A stretch of DNA of 64,000 nt from Candidatus Latescibacterota bacterium (lineage in GTDB: Bacteria; Latescibacterota; UBA2968; UBA8231): positions 608,001 to 672,000 of the forward strand of contig OZ220090.1 in assembly GCA_964291625.2 (NCBI GenBank). Reading direction: 5' to 3'. The position numbers were made by a program, and so were the translations under genes. The notes under the pieces were generated by a model. It saw only the letters and a list, made by a program, of their open reading frames with translations, was not told the DNA's origin and searched no databases. This document shows positions 40,789 to 54,526 of the stretch, piece after piece; position 1 is the first letter of the stretch, and every line of letters starts with the position of its first letter.

Positions 40789-40823
40789 AGCGGCGGTCCG
40801 GAATGGGCCGCCGCTTTTTCTTT
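40789..40823 (+). terminator. Intrinsic terminator after tRNA-Leu
   Basis: AGCGGCGGTCC-GGAAT-GGGCCGCCGCT then TTTTCTTT. Confidence 0.85.
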
Positions 40824-40954
40824 CGGGCTCGACAATTTTACCCGAGACTACGGAACCACGCAAGTTGCGCAGATCTCAAAGAGATAAGTCATTTTATTGT
40901 CCCTCAATATCTTGAATCACTCCATCTCACTTAACTCAGGAAGGGTGATCCACC

Positions 40955-41332
40955 ATGGCCGTGCTCCTGCACACCCGGGTTCGCGTCAGCGACCTCGACC
41001 GCTCCATCGACTGGTACTGCAAGCACCTCGGTTTCGAGGTCCTCAGCCGCACCGACAAGTCTCCTGCGGGCAATCACATCGCTCACCTCGAACTGCCGGG
41101 CAACGACCACACCCTCGAGTTCACCTGGTCGCCGGAGTATGAGTTGAAGGTCCCCGGGGACCTGCTCCACTTCGCCATCGGCGTACCGGACCTGATCGGC
41201 TTCTGCGACCGGCTGGAGAAGGACGGCATCGAGATCTGGCCGGAGGACTGGCGGGCCAGTTTCCCCACGGGACGGAAGATGGCCTTCATCGACGATCCGG
41301 ACGGGTACGAGATCGAGTTGCTCGAGCGCTGA
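40955..41332 (+). CDS. VOC family protein, lactoylglutathione lyase (glyoxalase I)-like
   Basis: LHTRVRVSDLDRSI, LEFT, HFAIGV, FIDDPDGYEIEL; RBS AGGAAGG. Confidence 0.85.
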   Translation: MAVLLHTRVRVSDLDRSIDWYCKHLGFEVLSRTDKSPAGNHIAHLELPGNDHTLEFTWSPEYELKVPGDLLHFAIGVPDLIGFCDRLEKDGIEIWPEDWRASFPTGRKMAFIDDPDGYEIELLER

Positions 41333-41361
41333 AGGACCCCGAGGGCGGGGCCGACGGCCGC

Positions 41362-42819
41362 TCACCGCCGTTGGACGGCCCCGGGATAGCGGGAGAGGAT
41401 GAAGTCCCGAGCCGTCCTCCCTCCCACCAGATCGTGGTTGTTCCGCAGACACCATACACGGAATGACTCGAGAAGGCTCTCCTCCTCCTCCGGGATCCCG
41501 GCGTGGCGCGCGTAGTGGAGCAGGATCGATTCGTACTGGCTCTTGTCGGGGAGATCCAGATAGATCTTGAGGGCGAAGCGGTCGTCGAGGGCGCGCCTCT
41601 CGTCGAGGCGCTGGAAGGCCTGTGGATCGTAAGGCCAAGGTGCGGCCGGAGCCGTTGTCCGCCGGCCCGCCGGTGCATCCTCCACCTGCAGGGGCGGCGG
41701 GCCCTGAGGCCTGTCCCCTTCGCGGTCGATCAGGTCCTTGAAGTTCGAGGTGGCATAGAAGACGAGATTCACCGGAACCTGCTCGAGGCCGCCGTCCAGA
41801 ACGCTCGACAAGGCCTTGGCCAAAGAGCCGCGGCGGTCGAGGCCGATGTTGTCGAGGACGGCGATGAAGCGCTCTCTCCGTTGCCGCACGAGACCGAACA
41901 ACCGGGGAAGGAGGCCGTAGCTCGCGGCCGGGACTTCGACGCCGCGGAGCCCGCGCTCCCAGTACCGGGTGATGAGTCCGCGGATCAGGGAGGACTTGCC
42001 GCATCCCCTCGGCCCCCAGATGAGGGCATTGTGGGCCCGGTACCCCTCCAGGAGGTTGCGGGTGTTCTCGTCCAGAAGCCGCATGCGCTTCTCGTTGCCC
42101 GCCAGCCACCCGAGGTCGAAGGCGTCGAAGTCGCGGATGGGAGTGAGCCCCGGACGGCCAGCCTCGCCGAGCTCCAGGCGATAGGCGGGGCAGCCCTGCT
42201 CCCTCCCCAGGCCATAGCGGTAGACCAGCTCGCCCAGGCCGCGGACCAGCTCCTGCCAATCCGGAGATGCCTCCTCGAACTCCTCGCGCAACCGGCAGTG
42301 GAAGGCCGAGACCGACCAAGGCGGGGTCGCCGTCGACCAGGGATCGGGGGAGACCGCCGGCTCCCGGGGGGCTGCAGGCCGGGGAGCGGAAGCGGCCTCT
42401 CCCACGCAGGCGTCGACCGCGTGGGCCACCGATTTCAGCTGCCGCAGGTCCTCGACCATCCGCTCGGCGAAGATGGCGGGCACGCCCTCCGGCCCCAGAA
42501 CGGCGCACCGCCGCAGATACGGGTGCGAATCGTCGGTCCAGATACGGTCGCCGAGGTACTGGGCGAAGGATCCGGTCCGGGGTGCGGAGACCGCCGTGCA
42601 TGCCTCGATGAGACGCCATCGGCTGGCCGTCAGCCGGGTGTCGTCCCGGCAGGTCCCGGACCGGGCCGAGCGGTCCAGCAGATCGCTGGCGGCCCGGACC
42701 ACGGCCGGCGGCAGGATGGGCCAGTCGGCCATGAGAGCCTCCAGCAGGCCCCGGGCCTTCGAAGGTGAGGACGCCGCAGCGTCGGCTGCGACCACGGGCC
42801 GGCGAACACACCCCGTCAT
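41362..42819 (-). CDS. DUF815-family AAA+ ATP-binding protein with N-terminal extension
   Basis: NT..LL.G..AHNALIWG.RG.GKSS, L.SVLDGGLE..P.N.VFYATSN, L.DRF, GRTA. ATG overlaps the cysS stop. Confidence 0.8.
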   Translation of the reverse strand: MTGCVRRPVVAADAAASSPSKARGLLEALMADWPILPPAVVRAASDLLDRSARSGTCRDDTRLTASRWRLIEACTAVSAPRTGSFAQYLGDRIWTDDSHPYLRRCAVLGPEGVPAIFAERMVEDLRQLKSVAHAVDACVGEAASAPRPAAPREPAVSPDPWSTATPPWSVSAFHCRLREEFEEASPDWQELVRGLGELVYRYGLGREQGCPAYRLELGEAGRPGLTPIRDFDAFDLGWLAGNEKRMRLLDENTRNLLEGYRAHNALIWGPRGCGKSSLIRGLITRYWERGLRGVEVPAASYGLLPRLFGLVRQRRERFIAVLDNIGLDRRGSLAKALSSVLDGGLEQVPVNLVFYATSNFKDLIDREGDRPQGPPPLQVEDAPAGRRTTAPAAPWPYDPQAFQRLDERRALDDRFALKIYLDLPDKSQYESILLHYARHAGIPEEEESLLESFRVWCLRNNHDLVGGRTARDFILSRYPGAVQRR

Positions 42820-44264
42820 GGGGGGGCCCAATTCCAACGAGGGCCGTCCGGCGTGTCGGTGACCACTACTCCCGAGGCCACCAACTCGGCTCTCAGGGCG
42901 TCGGCGCGGTCCCAGTCACGGAGGTTCCGAGCCTCCTCTCTCTCCTCCACCAGCCGGCGGAGCTGCGGGGGAAGCTCCGGATCCTCGTCAACCGCTTCGC
43001 CCCCCGGGGCCTCATCGAGAACGCCGAGGACGGAGTCCACCTCCTCGATCAGACCGGAGACGCGCAGGGCTTCGGGTGCGGGCAGTTCCCCCGAGGAGAG
43101 TGCTCGCTCCGCATCCGCGACGAGGCTGAAGACCGCCGCCATCGCCGGGGAGGCGTTCAGATCGTCGTCCATATGCTGGATGAAGCCCGCCCGGGCCTCC
43201 GCGACGGGCTCGGACCATGGGCCGACGGCGACCTCCTCCGCATCTCCGGCGGTGGAGCGAAGGCGGCGGTAGAGCCGGTTCAGGCGGCGGCGAGCGCGGA
43301 CCCCAGCCCCCAGGGCCTCCTCCGTGAAGTTCAGCGTGGTACGGTAGTGGTTGGTGACTACGAAGTAGCGGAACCCCCGAACCACCTCCTCGCTCCCGAC
43401 GCCGTCGACGAGGCCGGCGAGGTCGCGCAGCAGGAGCTGGTTGCCGAGGCTCTTGGAGAGCTTCACCCCCTCGATGTTGATGAACTCGTTGTGCATCCAG
43501 TACCTGGACAGGGTCTGGCCCGTGGCTCCCTCGCTCTGGGCGATCTCGTTCTGATGGTGGGGGAAGACCAGGTCCACCCCCCCGGTGTGGATGTCGAAGG
43601 ACCGACCCAGGTACTTCATCGACATGCAGGAGCACTCGAGGTGCCAGCCGGGGCGGCCCCTGCCCCATGGCGAATCCCAGGCCAGGGAGCCGTCCGCCTC
43701 GGTCCAGGCCTTCCACAGGACGAAGTCCCGGACGTCTTCCTTGTCGTAGCGGTCGCTGTCGATCCGGGCTCCCTCGCGAAGGCCCGGCTTGTCGACGTGA
43801 GCGAAGTCACCGTACGCGGGAAAGCGGGCGATGGAGAAGTAGACCGATCCTTCGCGGACATATGCCATCCCGCGCTGGAGGAGCTCCTCGACGAGTCGCA
43901 CCATCTCCGGAATGTGCTCGGTAGCCCGTGGATAGTGGTCCGCCCGCTGGATCCCGAGGTCGTCGAGCTCCTTGAAGAAGGCGTCGATGTAAGGTCCGAC
44001 GTACTCCTCCAGCCCACCCCCGCTCTCGGCTACCTTCTGCACGATGCGGTCATCGATGTCGGTGAGGTTCATCACGTGCTCGACCTCGAAGCCCCGGTAG
44101 ATCAGATGGCGCTTGAGCACATCGTAGAAGAGGAAACACCGGAAGTTCCCGATGTGGGAGTAGTCCCACACGGTCGGGCCGCAGCTGTACATCCGCACTC
44201 TCCCGGGCTCGAGGGGCTCGAAGAGGCGCTTGGCGCGGCTGGGAGTGTCGTGGAAACGGATCAT
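42816..44264 (-). CDS. cysS: Cysteine--tRNA ligase
   Basis: CGPTV...HIGN, NLTDIDD, DFVLWK, GRPGWHLECS, DIH.GG.DL.FPHH.NE, KLSKSLGN. Confidence 0.96.
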   Translation of the reverse strand: MIRFHDTPSRAKRLFEPLEPGRVRMYSCGPTVWDYSHIGNFRCFLFYDVLKRHLIYRGFEVEHVMNLTDIDDRIVQKVAESGGGLEEYVGPYIDAFFKELDDLGIQRADHYPRATEHIPEMVRLVEELLQRGMAYVREGSVYFSIARFPAYGDFAHVDKPGLREGARIDSDRYDKEDVRDFVLWKAWTEADGSLAWDSPWGRGRPGWHLECSCMSMKYLGRSFDIHTGGVDLVFPHHQNEIAQSEGATGQTLSRYWMHNEFINIEGVKLSKSLGNQLLLRDLAGLVDGVGSEEVVRGFRYFVVTNHYRTTLNFTEEALGAGVRARRRLNRLYRRLRSTAGDAEEVAVGPWSEPVAEARAGFIQHMDDDLNASPAMAAVFSLVADAERALSSGELPAPEALRVSGLIEEVDSVLGVLDEAPGGEAVDEDPELPPQLRRLVEEREEARNLRDWDRADALRAELVASGVVVTDTPDGPRWNWAPP

Positions 44265-44367
44265 CCGGCCCGCCTCGACCCGCGGGCGGAGGGGGTGAGC
44301 GTCGGTCTCTCGGAAAGGTCCATGACCACCCGTCGGTCGATCGGAATCACCACGGTCGGCGCAAGGA

Positions 44368-44397
44368 GAAGGGGCCGCAGTTTCATGCGGCCCCTTC
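44368..44397 (-). terminator. Hairpin / probable terminator after tRNA-Arg
   Basis: Perfect 12-bp stem GAAGGGGCCGCA-TGAAAC-TGCGGCCCCTTC with a weak T tail. Confidence 0.6.
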
Positions 44398-44444
44398 GAC
44401 CCGGGACTCGAGGGAACCCGAGGAACGGTTCCGACTCGACCAGC

Positions 44445-44521
44445 TGGCACCCCCGACAGGATTCGAACCTGTGACCCACAGATTAGGAATCTGTTGCTCT
44501 ATCCTGCTGAGCTACGGGGGC
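44445..44521 (-). tRNA. tRNA-Arg(CCT)
   Basis: GCCCCCGTAGCTCAGCAGGATAGAGC, anticodon arm ACAGA-TTCCTAA-TCTGT, GTTCGAATCC, CCA end; 77 nt. Confidence 0.95.
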
Positions 44522-44594
44522 AATGGGACGATCGGATCTCCCGGAGGTCGGGGAAATCAGCCTGACCGGCCGCCCCCGGGGAGCCATCCGGAAT

Positions 44595-44623
44595 AGGGTA
44601 CGGGCGGCGGCGGCGGCGGTCAA
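44595..44623 (-). promoter_or_regulatory. Promoter for tRNA-Arg; spacer is a (GCC)5 repeat
   Basis: TTGACC-17 bp-TACCCT. Confidence 0.5.
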
Positions 44624-44665
44624 TGAACCTCAGGGCGATGGCCCCGGACAACGGGCTCGGCCCTG

Positions 44666-44694
44666 TTGACAGGCCCCGGGGCCCGGCCTACCTT
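44666..44694 (+). promoter_or_regulatory. Promoter for the act-cox respiratory operon
   Basis: TTGACA-17 bp-TACCTT. Confidence 0.65.
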
Positions 44695-44819
44695 ACACCC
44701 CTCGTTCGACCCGCGTCGCGAGAGCTGCCACTCCGTCGCGACTCCCCGCACTGAAACAGAGCACCGCAACCCGCCCTCCTTGGCCCGAGGCAAGCCAGGG
44801 TCCGGCTCCGAGTATGTAG

Positions 44820-45472
44820 ATGGCGCAGGTCTTCCATCGCAGCATCAACTGGGTCGCCAAGCTGTCCATCCTCCTTCTGCTCGCCCTCGCCGGCCTGTTC
44901 CTCGCCATCCTCCTGAACATCAACCGGCTCGACTACGTCAGCCACGTGGGCCTGGCCAAGGATCAGCCGGTCCCCTTCTCGCACAAGCACCACGTCACCG
45001 GCATGGGCATCGACTGCCGCTACTGCCACACAAGCGTCGAGGAGTCCGCCTTCGCCGGCATCCCCCCCGTGGAGACGTGCATGACCTGCCACTCCCTGGT
45101 CTGGACCGAGGCCCCGTTGCTCGAGCCCGTCCGCACGGCTTGGCGGGACGAGGTCCCGCTGCAGTGGACCCGGATCCACGACCTTCCCGACTTCGTGTAC
45201 TTCCGGCACGACATCCATGTCGCCAAAGGGGTCGGCTGCACCAGCTGTCACGGGCCGGTCGACCAGATGCCCCTCATGTACAAGGAGAATACCCTGAACA
45301 TGGAGTGGTGCCTCGAGTGCCATCGCGAGCCCGAGAGGCAGATCCGGCCTCGCGACCAGGTATTTGACGTGACCTGGTCCCCCCCCGCCGACCAGGAGCG
45401 CGCCGGAGCGCGGCTGGTGGAGGAGTACGACGTGCAGGTTTCGCAGCTGACCGACTGTTCGGTCTGTCACCT

Positions 45473-45476
<4 letters not shown>
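44820..45476 (+). CDS. actA: Alternative complex III pentaheme cytochrome c subunit
   Basis: N-terminal TM, QPVPFSH.HH, five CxxCH motifs (CRYCH, CMTCH, CTSCH, CLECH, CSVCH). Confidence 0.93.
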
Positions 45477-48526
<3,050 letters not shown>

Positions 48527-48527
48527 G

Positions 48528-49901
<1,374 letters not shown>

Positions 49902-49902
49902 C

Positions 49903-50448
49903 ATGAACGACCCCGCCCCCGCCGGAGCCCACGGCCTGATGGCCGAGTTCGAACGTCCCGAGGATCTCCTCGCGGCGGCGAAGAAGGCCTACGCCGAAGG
50001 CTACCGGCGCATGGACGCCTACTCCCCCCTGCCGATCCACGGCCTGGCGGCGGCGATCGGCTTCCCGCAAACGAACCTGCCCATCGCCACCTTCCTGTGC
50101 GGATTGCTCGGCGGACTGTGCGGCTACGGCCTGCAGTACTGGGTGCACGTCATCGACTACCCGATCAACATCGGCGGCCGGCCGATGCACTCGGGTCCGA
50201 TGTTCATCCCCGTCACCTTCGAGTTGACCATCCTCTTTGCAGCCATCGGCACCGTGGTGGGGCTGATCCTGCTCAACCGGCTGCCCCAGCCCCATCATCC
50301 GGTCTTCAACGTGCCCGCCTTCGAGCGGGCCAGCCAGGACCGCTTCTTTCTGTGCATCGAGTCGGAGGACGATCGCTACGACGCGGGCTCGACCCGAACC
50401 TTCCTCGAGGGGGTGGGAGCGGTGGAGGTCTCGGAGGTACAACCCTGA
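49903..50448 (+). CDS. actD: Alternative complex III subunit D (DUF3341)
   Basis: AEF..P..L, DAYSP.PIHG, IGGRP, FIPVTFELTIL. Confidence 0.92.
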   Translation: MNDPAPAGAHGLMAEFERPEDLLAAAKKAYAEGYRRMDAYSPLPIHGLAAAIGFPQTNLPIATFLCGLLGGLCGYGLQYWVHVIDYPINIGGRPMHSGPMFIPVTFELTILFAAIGTVVGLILLNRLPQPHHPVFNVPAFERASQDRFFLCIESEDDRYDAGSTRTFLEGVGAVEVSEVQP

Positions 50449-50450
50449 CG

Positions 50451-51029
50451 ATGACGCGCGCCACCCTCCTCCGCGCGGCCCTGACGGCCCTGTTGCTGTT
50501 GCCTGGGTGCGACCTGCGCCAGCGCATGTACGACCAGCCCAAGTACGAGGCGCACGAAGCGACTCCCTTCTTCGACGACGGGCTGAGCGCCCGGCCGGCC
50601 GTGGAGGGCACCGTCGCCCGGGGCCAGCTTCGCCTCGACGAACACTACTGGGAAGGCCGGGTCGATGGAGAGCTGGCTGCAACCCTTCCGGCCCGGGTGA
50701 CCTTCGACCGCGGTCTGCTCGACCGTGGGCGCGAGAGGTTCGAGATCTTCTGCTCTCCCTGCCACGGCCGCACCGGCCGGGGCGACGGCATGATCGTGCA
50801 ACGAGGCCTGAAGCGCCCCCCCTCCTTCCACGAGGAGCGCCTGCGGGAGGCGGCCATCGGCTATTTCTACGACGTTCAGACCCAGGGCTTCGGCGCCATG
50901 TTCAGCTACGCCTCGCGAGTCCCCGTACCGGACCGCTGGGCCATCGCCGCCTACGTCCGGGCCCTGCAGCTGAGCCAGCGCGCCGAGTTCGACCAGCTGC
51001 CCCCTGAAGATCAGAGACAGCTTCCGTGA
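50451..51029 (+). CDS. actE: Alternative complex III monoheme cytochrome c lipoprotein
   Basis: Lipobox LPGC, M.DQPK, GTVARG, CSPCHG, DRWAI.AYVRALQ.SQ. Confidence 0.92.
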   Translation: MTRATLLRAALTALLLLPGCDLRQRMYDQPKYEAHEATPFFDDGLSARPAVEGTVARGQLRLDEHYWEGRVDGELAATLPARVTFDRGLLDRGRERFEIFCSPCHGRTGRGDGMIVQRGLKRPPSFHEERLREAAIGYFYDVQTQGFGAMFSYASRVPVPDRWAIAAYVRALQLSQRAEFDQLPPEDQRQLP

Positions 51030-52258
51030 ACGGCGGCCTGAACCAGGAACTGCTCAGCCAGAGCGAGGCCCTGGCACCCCGCTTCACGCGCTGCCGCCGC
51101 GTCGCCCTGGTCGCCGCCCTGGCCGGCCTCGCCCTCACCGCCCTCGGGTACATGACCCAGCCGGAGCAGTTCTACCGCTCGTGGCTCCTCGGTTTCGCCT
51201 ACTGGGTCAGCCTCACCCTGGGATGCCTGATGGTCCTCCTGATCCACCACCTTGCGGGAGGACGCTGGGGGTTCGCGGTGCGCCGCATCCTCGAGGCCGG
51301 GGCCCGCACCTGGCCGCTGATGCTGATTCTCGGCCTGCCCGTGCTGGCCGGCTTGCACGACCTCTATCACTGGACCCACACGGAGGTGGTGGCCGAGGAC
51401 GAGATCCTCCAGCACAAGTCGCCGTTCCTCAACGCGCCTTTCTTCGTCGTGCGGTACTTCCTGTACTTCGCGCTCTGGGGAGGAATGGTTCAGCTCCTCC
51501 ACCGCTGGTCGAAGCTGCAGGACGAGCAGGCCGAGACCTGGCCCACCCGGAGGATGCAGGTTCTCTCCGGCCCGGGGCTTGTGCTCTTCGTGCTCTCCGG
51601 GACCCTGGCCGGCGTCGACTGGATCATGTCTCTCGAGCCGCACTGGTTCTCGACGATCTTCAGCGCCATCTACATCATCGGGCAGGGGCTTGCGGCCTGG
51701 GCCTTCGTGGCCATCGTCGGCGTCAGCCTCTCCCGCCACGAGCCGCTGAGCGCCCTGCTGAGCAACGAGCGTCTGCGCGACCTGGGCACCTTCATGCTCG
51801 GCTTCGTGCTCCTCTGGGCGTACACCTCGTTCTCCCAGCTGCTGATCATCTGGGCCGGCAACCTGCCCGAGGAGATCACCTGGTACTACACGCGCCTCAG
51901 CGGCGGCTGGCTCCATCTCGGCTACCTGCTCATCGGTTTCCACTTCGCCGTGCCCTTCCTGTTGATGATCTCCAGCCGCCTCAAGTCCCGTCTGCGGATC
52001 CTCGTCTCCGTCGCCTGCGGCCTGCTGGTCATGCGCCTCCTCGATCTCTACTGGATCTCCGCCCCCGCCTTCCAGGGCGGGCAGGCCTCGGCGGCCCCCC
52101 ACTGGCTCGACCTGGTCATCCCCTTCTCCATCGGGTGCCTGTGGCTGTTCGTGTTCTTCGGGCACCTGAAGAGCCGCTGTCTGGTGCCGCTGAACGACCC
52201 GAGGTTCGACTTCACCGCCCTCGCCGCGGAGACGGCGGAGGAAGGTCACCATGGCTGA
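51026..52258 (+). CDS. actF: Alternative complex III membrane subunit F
   Basis: About 10 TM helices, DWIMSLEPHWFST, FSQ.LIIW..NLPEE..WY. Confidence 0.92.
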   Translation: MNGGLNQELLSQSEALAPRFTRCRRVALVAALAGLALTALGYMTQPEQFYRSWLLGFAYWVSLTLGCLMVLLIHHLAGGRWGFAVRRILEAGARTWPLMLILGLPVLAGLHDLYHWTHTEVVAEDEILQHKSPFLNAPFFVVRYFLYFALWGGMVQLLHRWSKLQDEQAETWPTRRMQVLSGPGLVLFVLSGTLAGVDWIMSLEPHWFSTIFSAIYIIGQGLAAWAFVAIVGVSLSRHEPLSALLSNERLRDLGTFMLGFVLLWAYTSFSQLLIIWAGNLPEEITWYYTRLSGGWLHLGYLLIGFHFAVPFLLMISSRLKSRLRILVSVACGLLVMRLLDLYWISAPAFQGGQASAAPHWLDLVIPFSIGCLWLFVFFGHLKSRCLVPLNDPRFDFTALAAETAEEGHHG

Positions 52259-52733
52259 TCATCACGGTGCCTCCGATGGACATGTCCACGCCGCTTCGGC
52301 CGCGGCGGGTCACGAGGTCACCGACGCCCCGGCCAGTCCCCTGGCCAAAGTGGGGATCGCGATCGCCGTGCTCATGCTCGTCTCTTTCGTTGGCGTTCTC
52401 CTGCTCTTCCGGTTTCTCGTGCACGTGCAGCCTCTGTACGACAAGGAGGAGCCGGCCCACCCTCTGCGCGACGTGCGGGTCTCTTCCACCGAGCCGCGGC
52501 TGCAGCCCGACCCACCGCGCGAGAAGGCCGAGCTGCGGCGCATCGAGGACCACCTTCTCACCACCTACGACTGGGTGGACAAGGAGCAAGGGCTGGTGCG
52601 CATCCCCGTGGACCGCGCCATCGATCTCCTCTCCCGCCGCGGCCTGCCCGAGAAGACCGGTACCGGAGCCGCCGCGACAGGGACCGACTCAACAGGGGCC
52701 GCCGCCCCACCGGCGAGCGAGGGCGAGGAATGA
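52251..52733 (+). CDS. actG: Probable alternative complex III subunit G
   Basis: Single TM, PRLQ, Y.WVD...G.VRIP.DRA; located after actF. Confidence 0.75.
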   Translation: MADHHGASDGHVHAASAAAGHEVTDAPASPLAKVGIAIAVLMLVSFVGVLLLFRFLVHVQPLYDKEEPAHPLRDVRVSSTEPRLQPDPPREKAELRRIEDHLLTTYDWVDKEQGLVRIPVDRAIDLLSRRGLPEKTGTGAAATGTDSTGAAAPPASEGEE

Positions 52734-53575
52734 GGGTGAGACCGGGTTCCCACCTTTCCTCGGCGATCACCGCCCTGACGGCCCTGACGGTAGGGTCGGC
52801 CCATGGCCAGGCGCTCGACCCCACGGTGGGCGACCAGATCGGCATCGACCAGCGGCTTGGCGAGCGGATCCCCCTGGACCTGGCCTTCCGCGACGAAACG
52901 GGAGCGGTGGTGCGCCTCGACGAGATCCTGGACAAGAGGCCTGCGATCCTGTCCCTCGTCTACTATGAGTGCCCCATGCTCTGCACCCAGGTCCTCAACG
53001 GCCTGCTCCGCAGCCTGCGGGTGCTCTCCATGGACGTGGGCGGCGAGTTCGAGGTGATCACGGTGAGCATCGATCCCGGCGAGACACCCGCCCTGGCGGC
53101 AGCCAAGAAGAAGGAGTACGTCGGCCGCTACGGCCGCGATGACGCGGCAGAGGGCTGGCACTTCCTCACCGGAACCCGGGAGCGGATCGAGGAACTCGCC
53201 GAGGCCGTGGGATTCCGCTACGAGTACGATCCCGAGACCGATCTCTACGTCCACGCCAGCGGCATCATGGTCCTCACCCCGGGAGGAGAGCTGGCCCGCT
53301 ACTTCTATGGCGTCGAGTACGCGCCGAAGGACCTGCGGCTGGGTCTGATCGAGGCGGCGGAGGAGCGCATCGGCAATGCCGTGGACCAGGTCCTCCTGCT
53401 GTGCTACCAGTACGATCCCACGACCGGCAAGTACGGCCTGGTGATCCTCAGCAGTCTGCGCGTCGCCGGGGCGGCTACCGTGGCCGTCCTGGCCGCCCTC
53501 GTCATCGGCTGGATCCGCCGGGAACGCCGGCAGGCCGGCCCCCCGGCGGCCAACCCCATTCCGCACCGGAACTGA
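52730..53575 (+). CDS. SCO1/SenC family copper chaperone
   Basis: YYECPMLC (CxxxC), WHFLTG, Y.H, C-terminal TM. Confidence 0.9.
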   Translation: MRVRPGSHLSSAITALTALTVGSAHGQALDPTVGDQIGIDQRLGERIPLDLAFRDETGAVVRLDEILDKRPAILSLVYYECPMLCTQVLNGLLRSLRVLSMDVGGEFEVITVSIDPGETPALAAAKKKEYVGRYGRDDAAEGWHFLTGTRERIEELAEAVGFRYEYDPETDLYVHASGIMVLTPGGELARYFYGVEYAPKDLRLGLIEAAEERIGNAVDQVLLLCYQYDPTTGKYGLVILSSLRVAGAATVAVLAALVIGWIRRERRQAGPPAANPIPHRN

Positions 53576-53581
53576 CCTGCG

Positions 53582-54517
53582 ATGTCGAAGGAATTCCCCC
53601 TCCATCCCGACCTGGCCTCCACCTTCGCCCTGCAGGTGGATCTGCTGTACTTCCTGCTGGTGGGGCTCAGCGTCCTCTTCGCGGCGGGCGTGGTCATCGT
53701 CCTGGTGATCTTCGCCATCAAGTACCGCAGGCGCTCCGACGACGACCGGCCCCATCCGGTCCACGGCTCGATCCCCCTCGAGGTGGCCTGGAGCATCATC
53801 CCGCTGTTCATGGCCATCGGCGTCTTCACTCTGGGAGCCGAGGTCTACTACCGCATGTACCGCTCACCCACCAACGCAATCGACATCTACGTCGTGGGCA
53901 AGCAGTGGATGTGGAAGATCCAGCACCCCGAGGGCCGGCGCGAGATCAACGAGCTCCACATTCCCGTCAATCAGCCGGTACAGCTGACCATGACCTCAGA
54001 GGATGTGATCCACGCCTTCTCGGTGCCCGCCTTCCGCACCAAGAAGGACGTCGTGCCCGGCCGCTACAACACGATCTGGTTCGAGGCCACCAAGACGGGC
54101 GAGTACCACCTGTTCTGCGCCGAGTACTGCGGCACCCAGCACTCCACCATGATCGGCACGGTGTACGTGATGGAGCCGGAGGACTACCAGGAGTGGCTCG
54201 GCGGCGGGGTCAGCGGCGAGACCATGGCCGAGGCGGGGGAGCGCCAGTTCCAGCAGCTTGGATGCGCCACCTGCCACAAGGCCGAGTCCATCGGCCGCGG
54301 CCCCACCCTGGTCGGCCTCTTCGGCGAGCAGGTGGAGCTCGCCTCGGGCGCTGTGGCCGTGGTCGACGAGAGCTACCTGCGCGAATCGATCCTCGCGCCG
54401 GCGACGAAACTGGTGAAGGGCTATGACCCGATCATGCCCACCTTCCAGGGGCAGATCAGCGAGGAGACCCTGCTCCAGCTCATCACCTACATCAAGTCCC
54501 TCGGCGCCAGCGAGTGA
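53582..54517 (+). CDS. coxB: caa3-type cytochrome c oxidase subunit II with fused cytochrome c
   Basis: KQWMW, DVIH, CuA motif CAEYCGTQH..M, C-terminal CATCH heme motif. Confidence 0.95.
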   Translation: MSKEFPLHPDLASTFALQVDLLYFLLVGLSVLFAAGVVIVLVIFAIKYRRRSDDDRPHPVHGSIPLEVAWSIIPLFMAIGVFTLGAEVYYRMYRSPTNAIDIYVVGKQWMWKIQHPEGRREINELHIPVNQPVQLTMTSEDVIHAFSVPAFRTKKDVVPGRYNTIWFEATKTGEYHLFCAEYCGTQHSTMIGTVYVMEPEDYQEWLGGGVSGETMAEAGERQFQQLGCATCHKAESIGRGPTLVGLFGEQVELASGAVAVVDESYLRESILAPATKLVKGYDPIMPTFQGQISEETLLQLITYIKSLGASE

Positions 54518-54526
54518 GGCGGAGCC

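Noticed and set aside
44264-44445. T-box or Cys attenuator upstream of cysS, including a 41-codon ORF starting in the hairpin loop
   Set aside because: No T-box consensus seen and no Cys codons in the short ORF; the hairpin is explained as the tRNA terminator.
40691-44521. Genomic island bounded by the two tRNAs
   Set aside because: Contains core cysS, has no integrase or att duplication, and GC looks like the rest of the window apart from about 120 bp.
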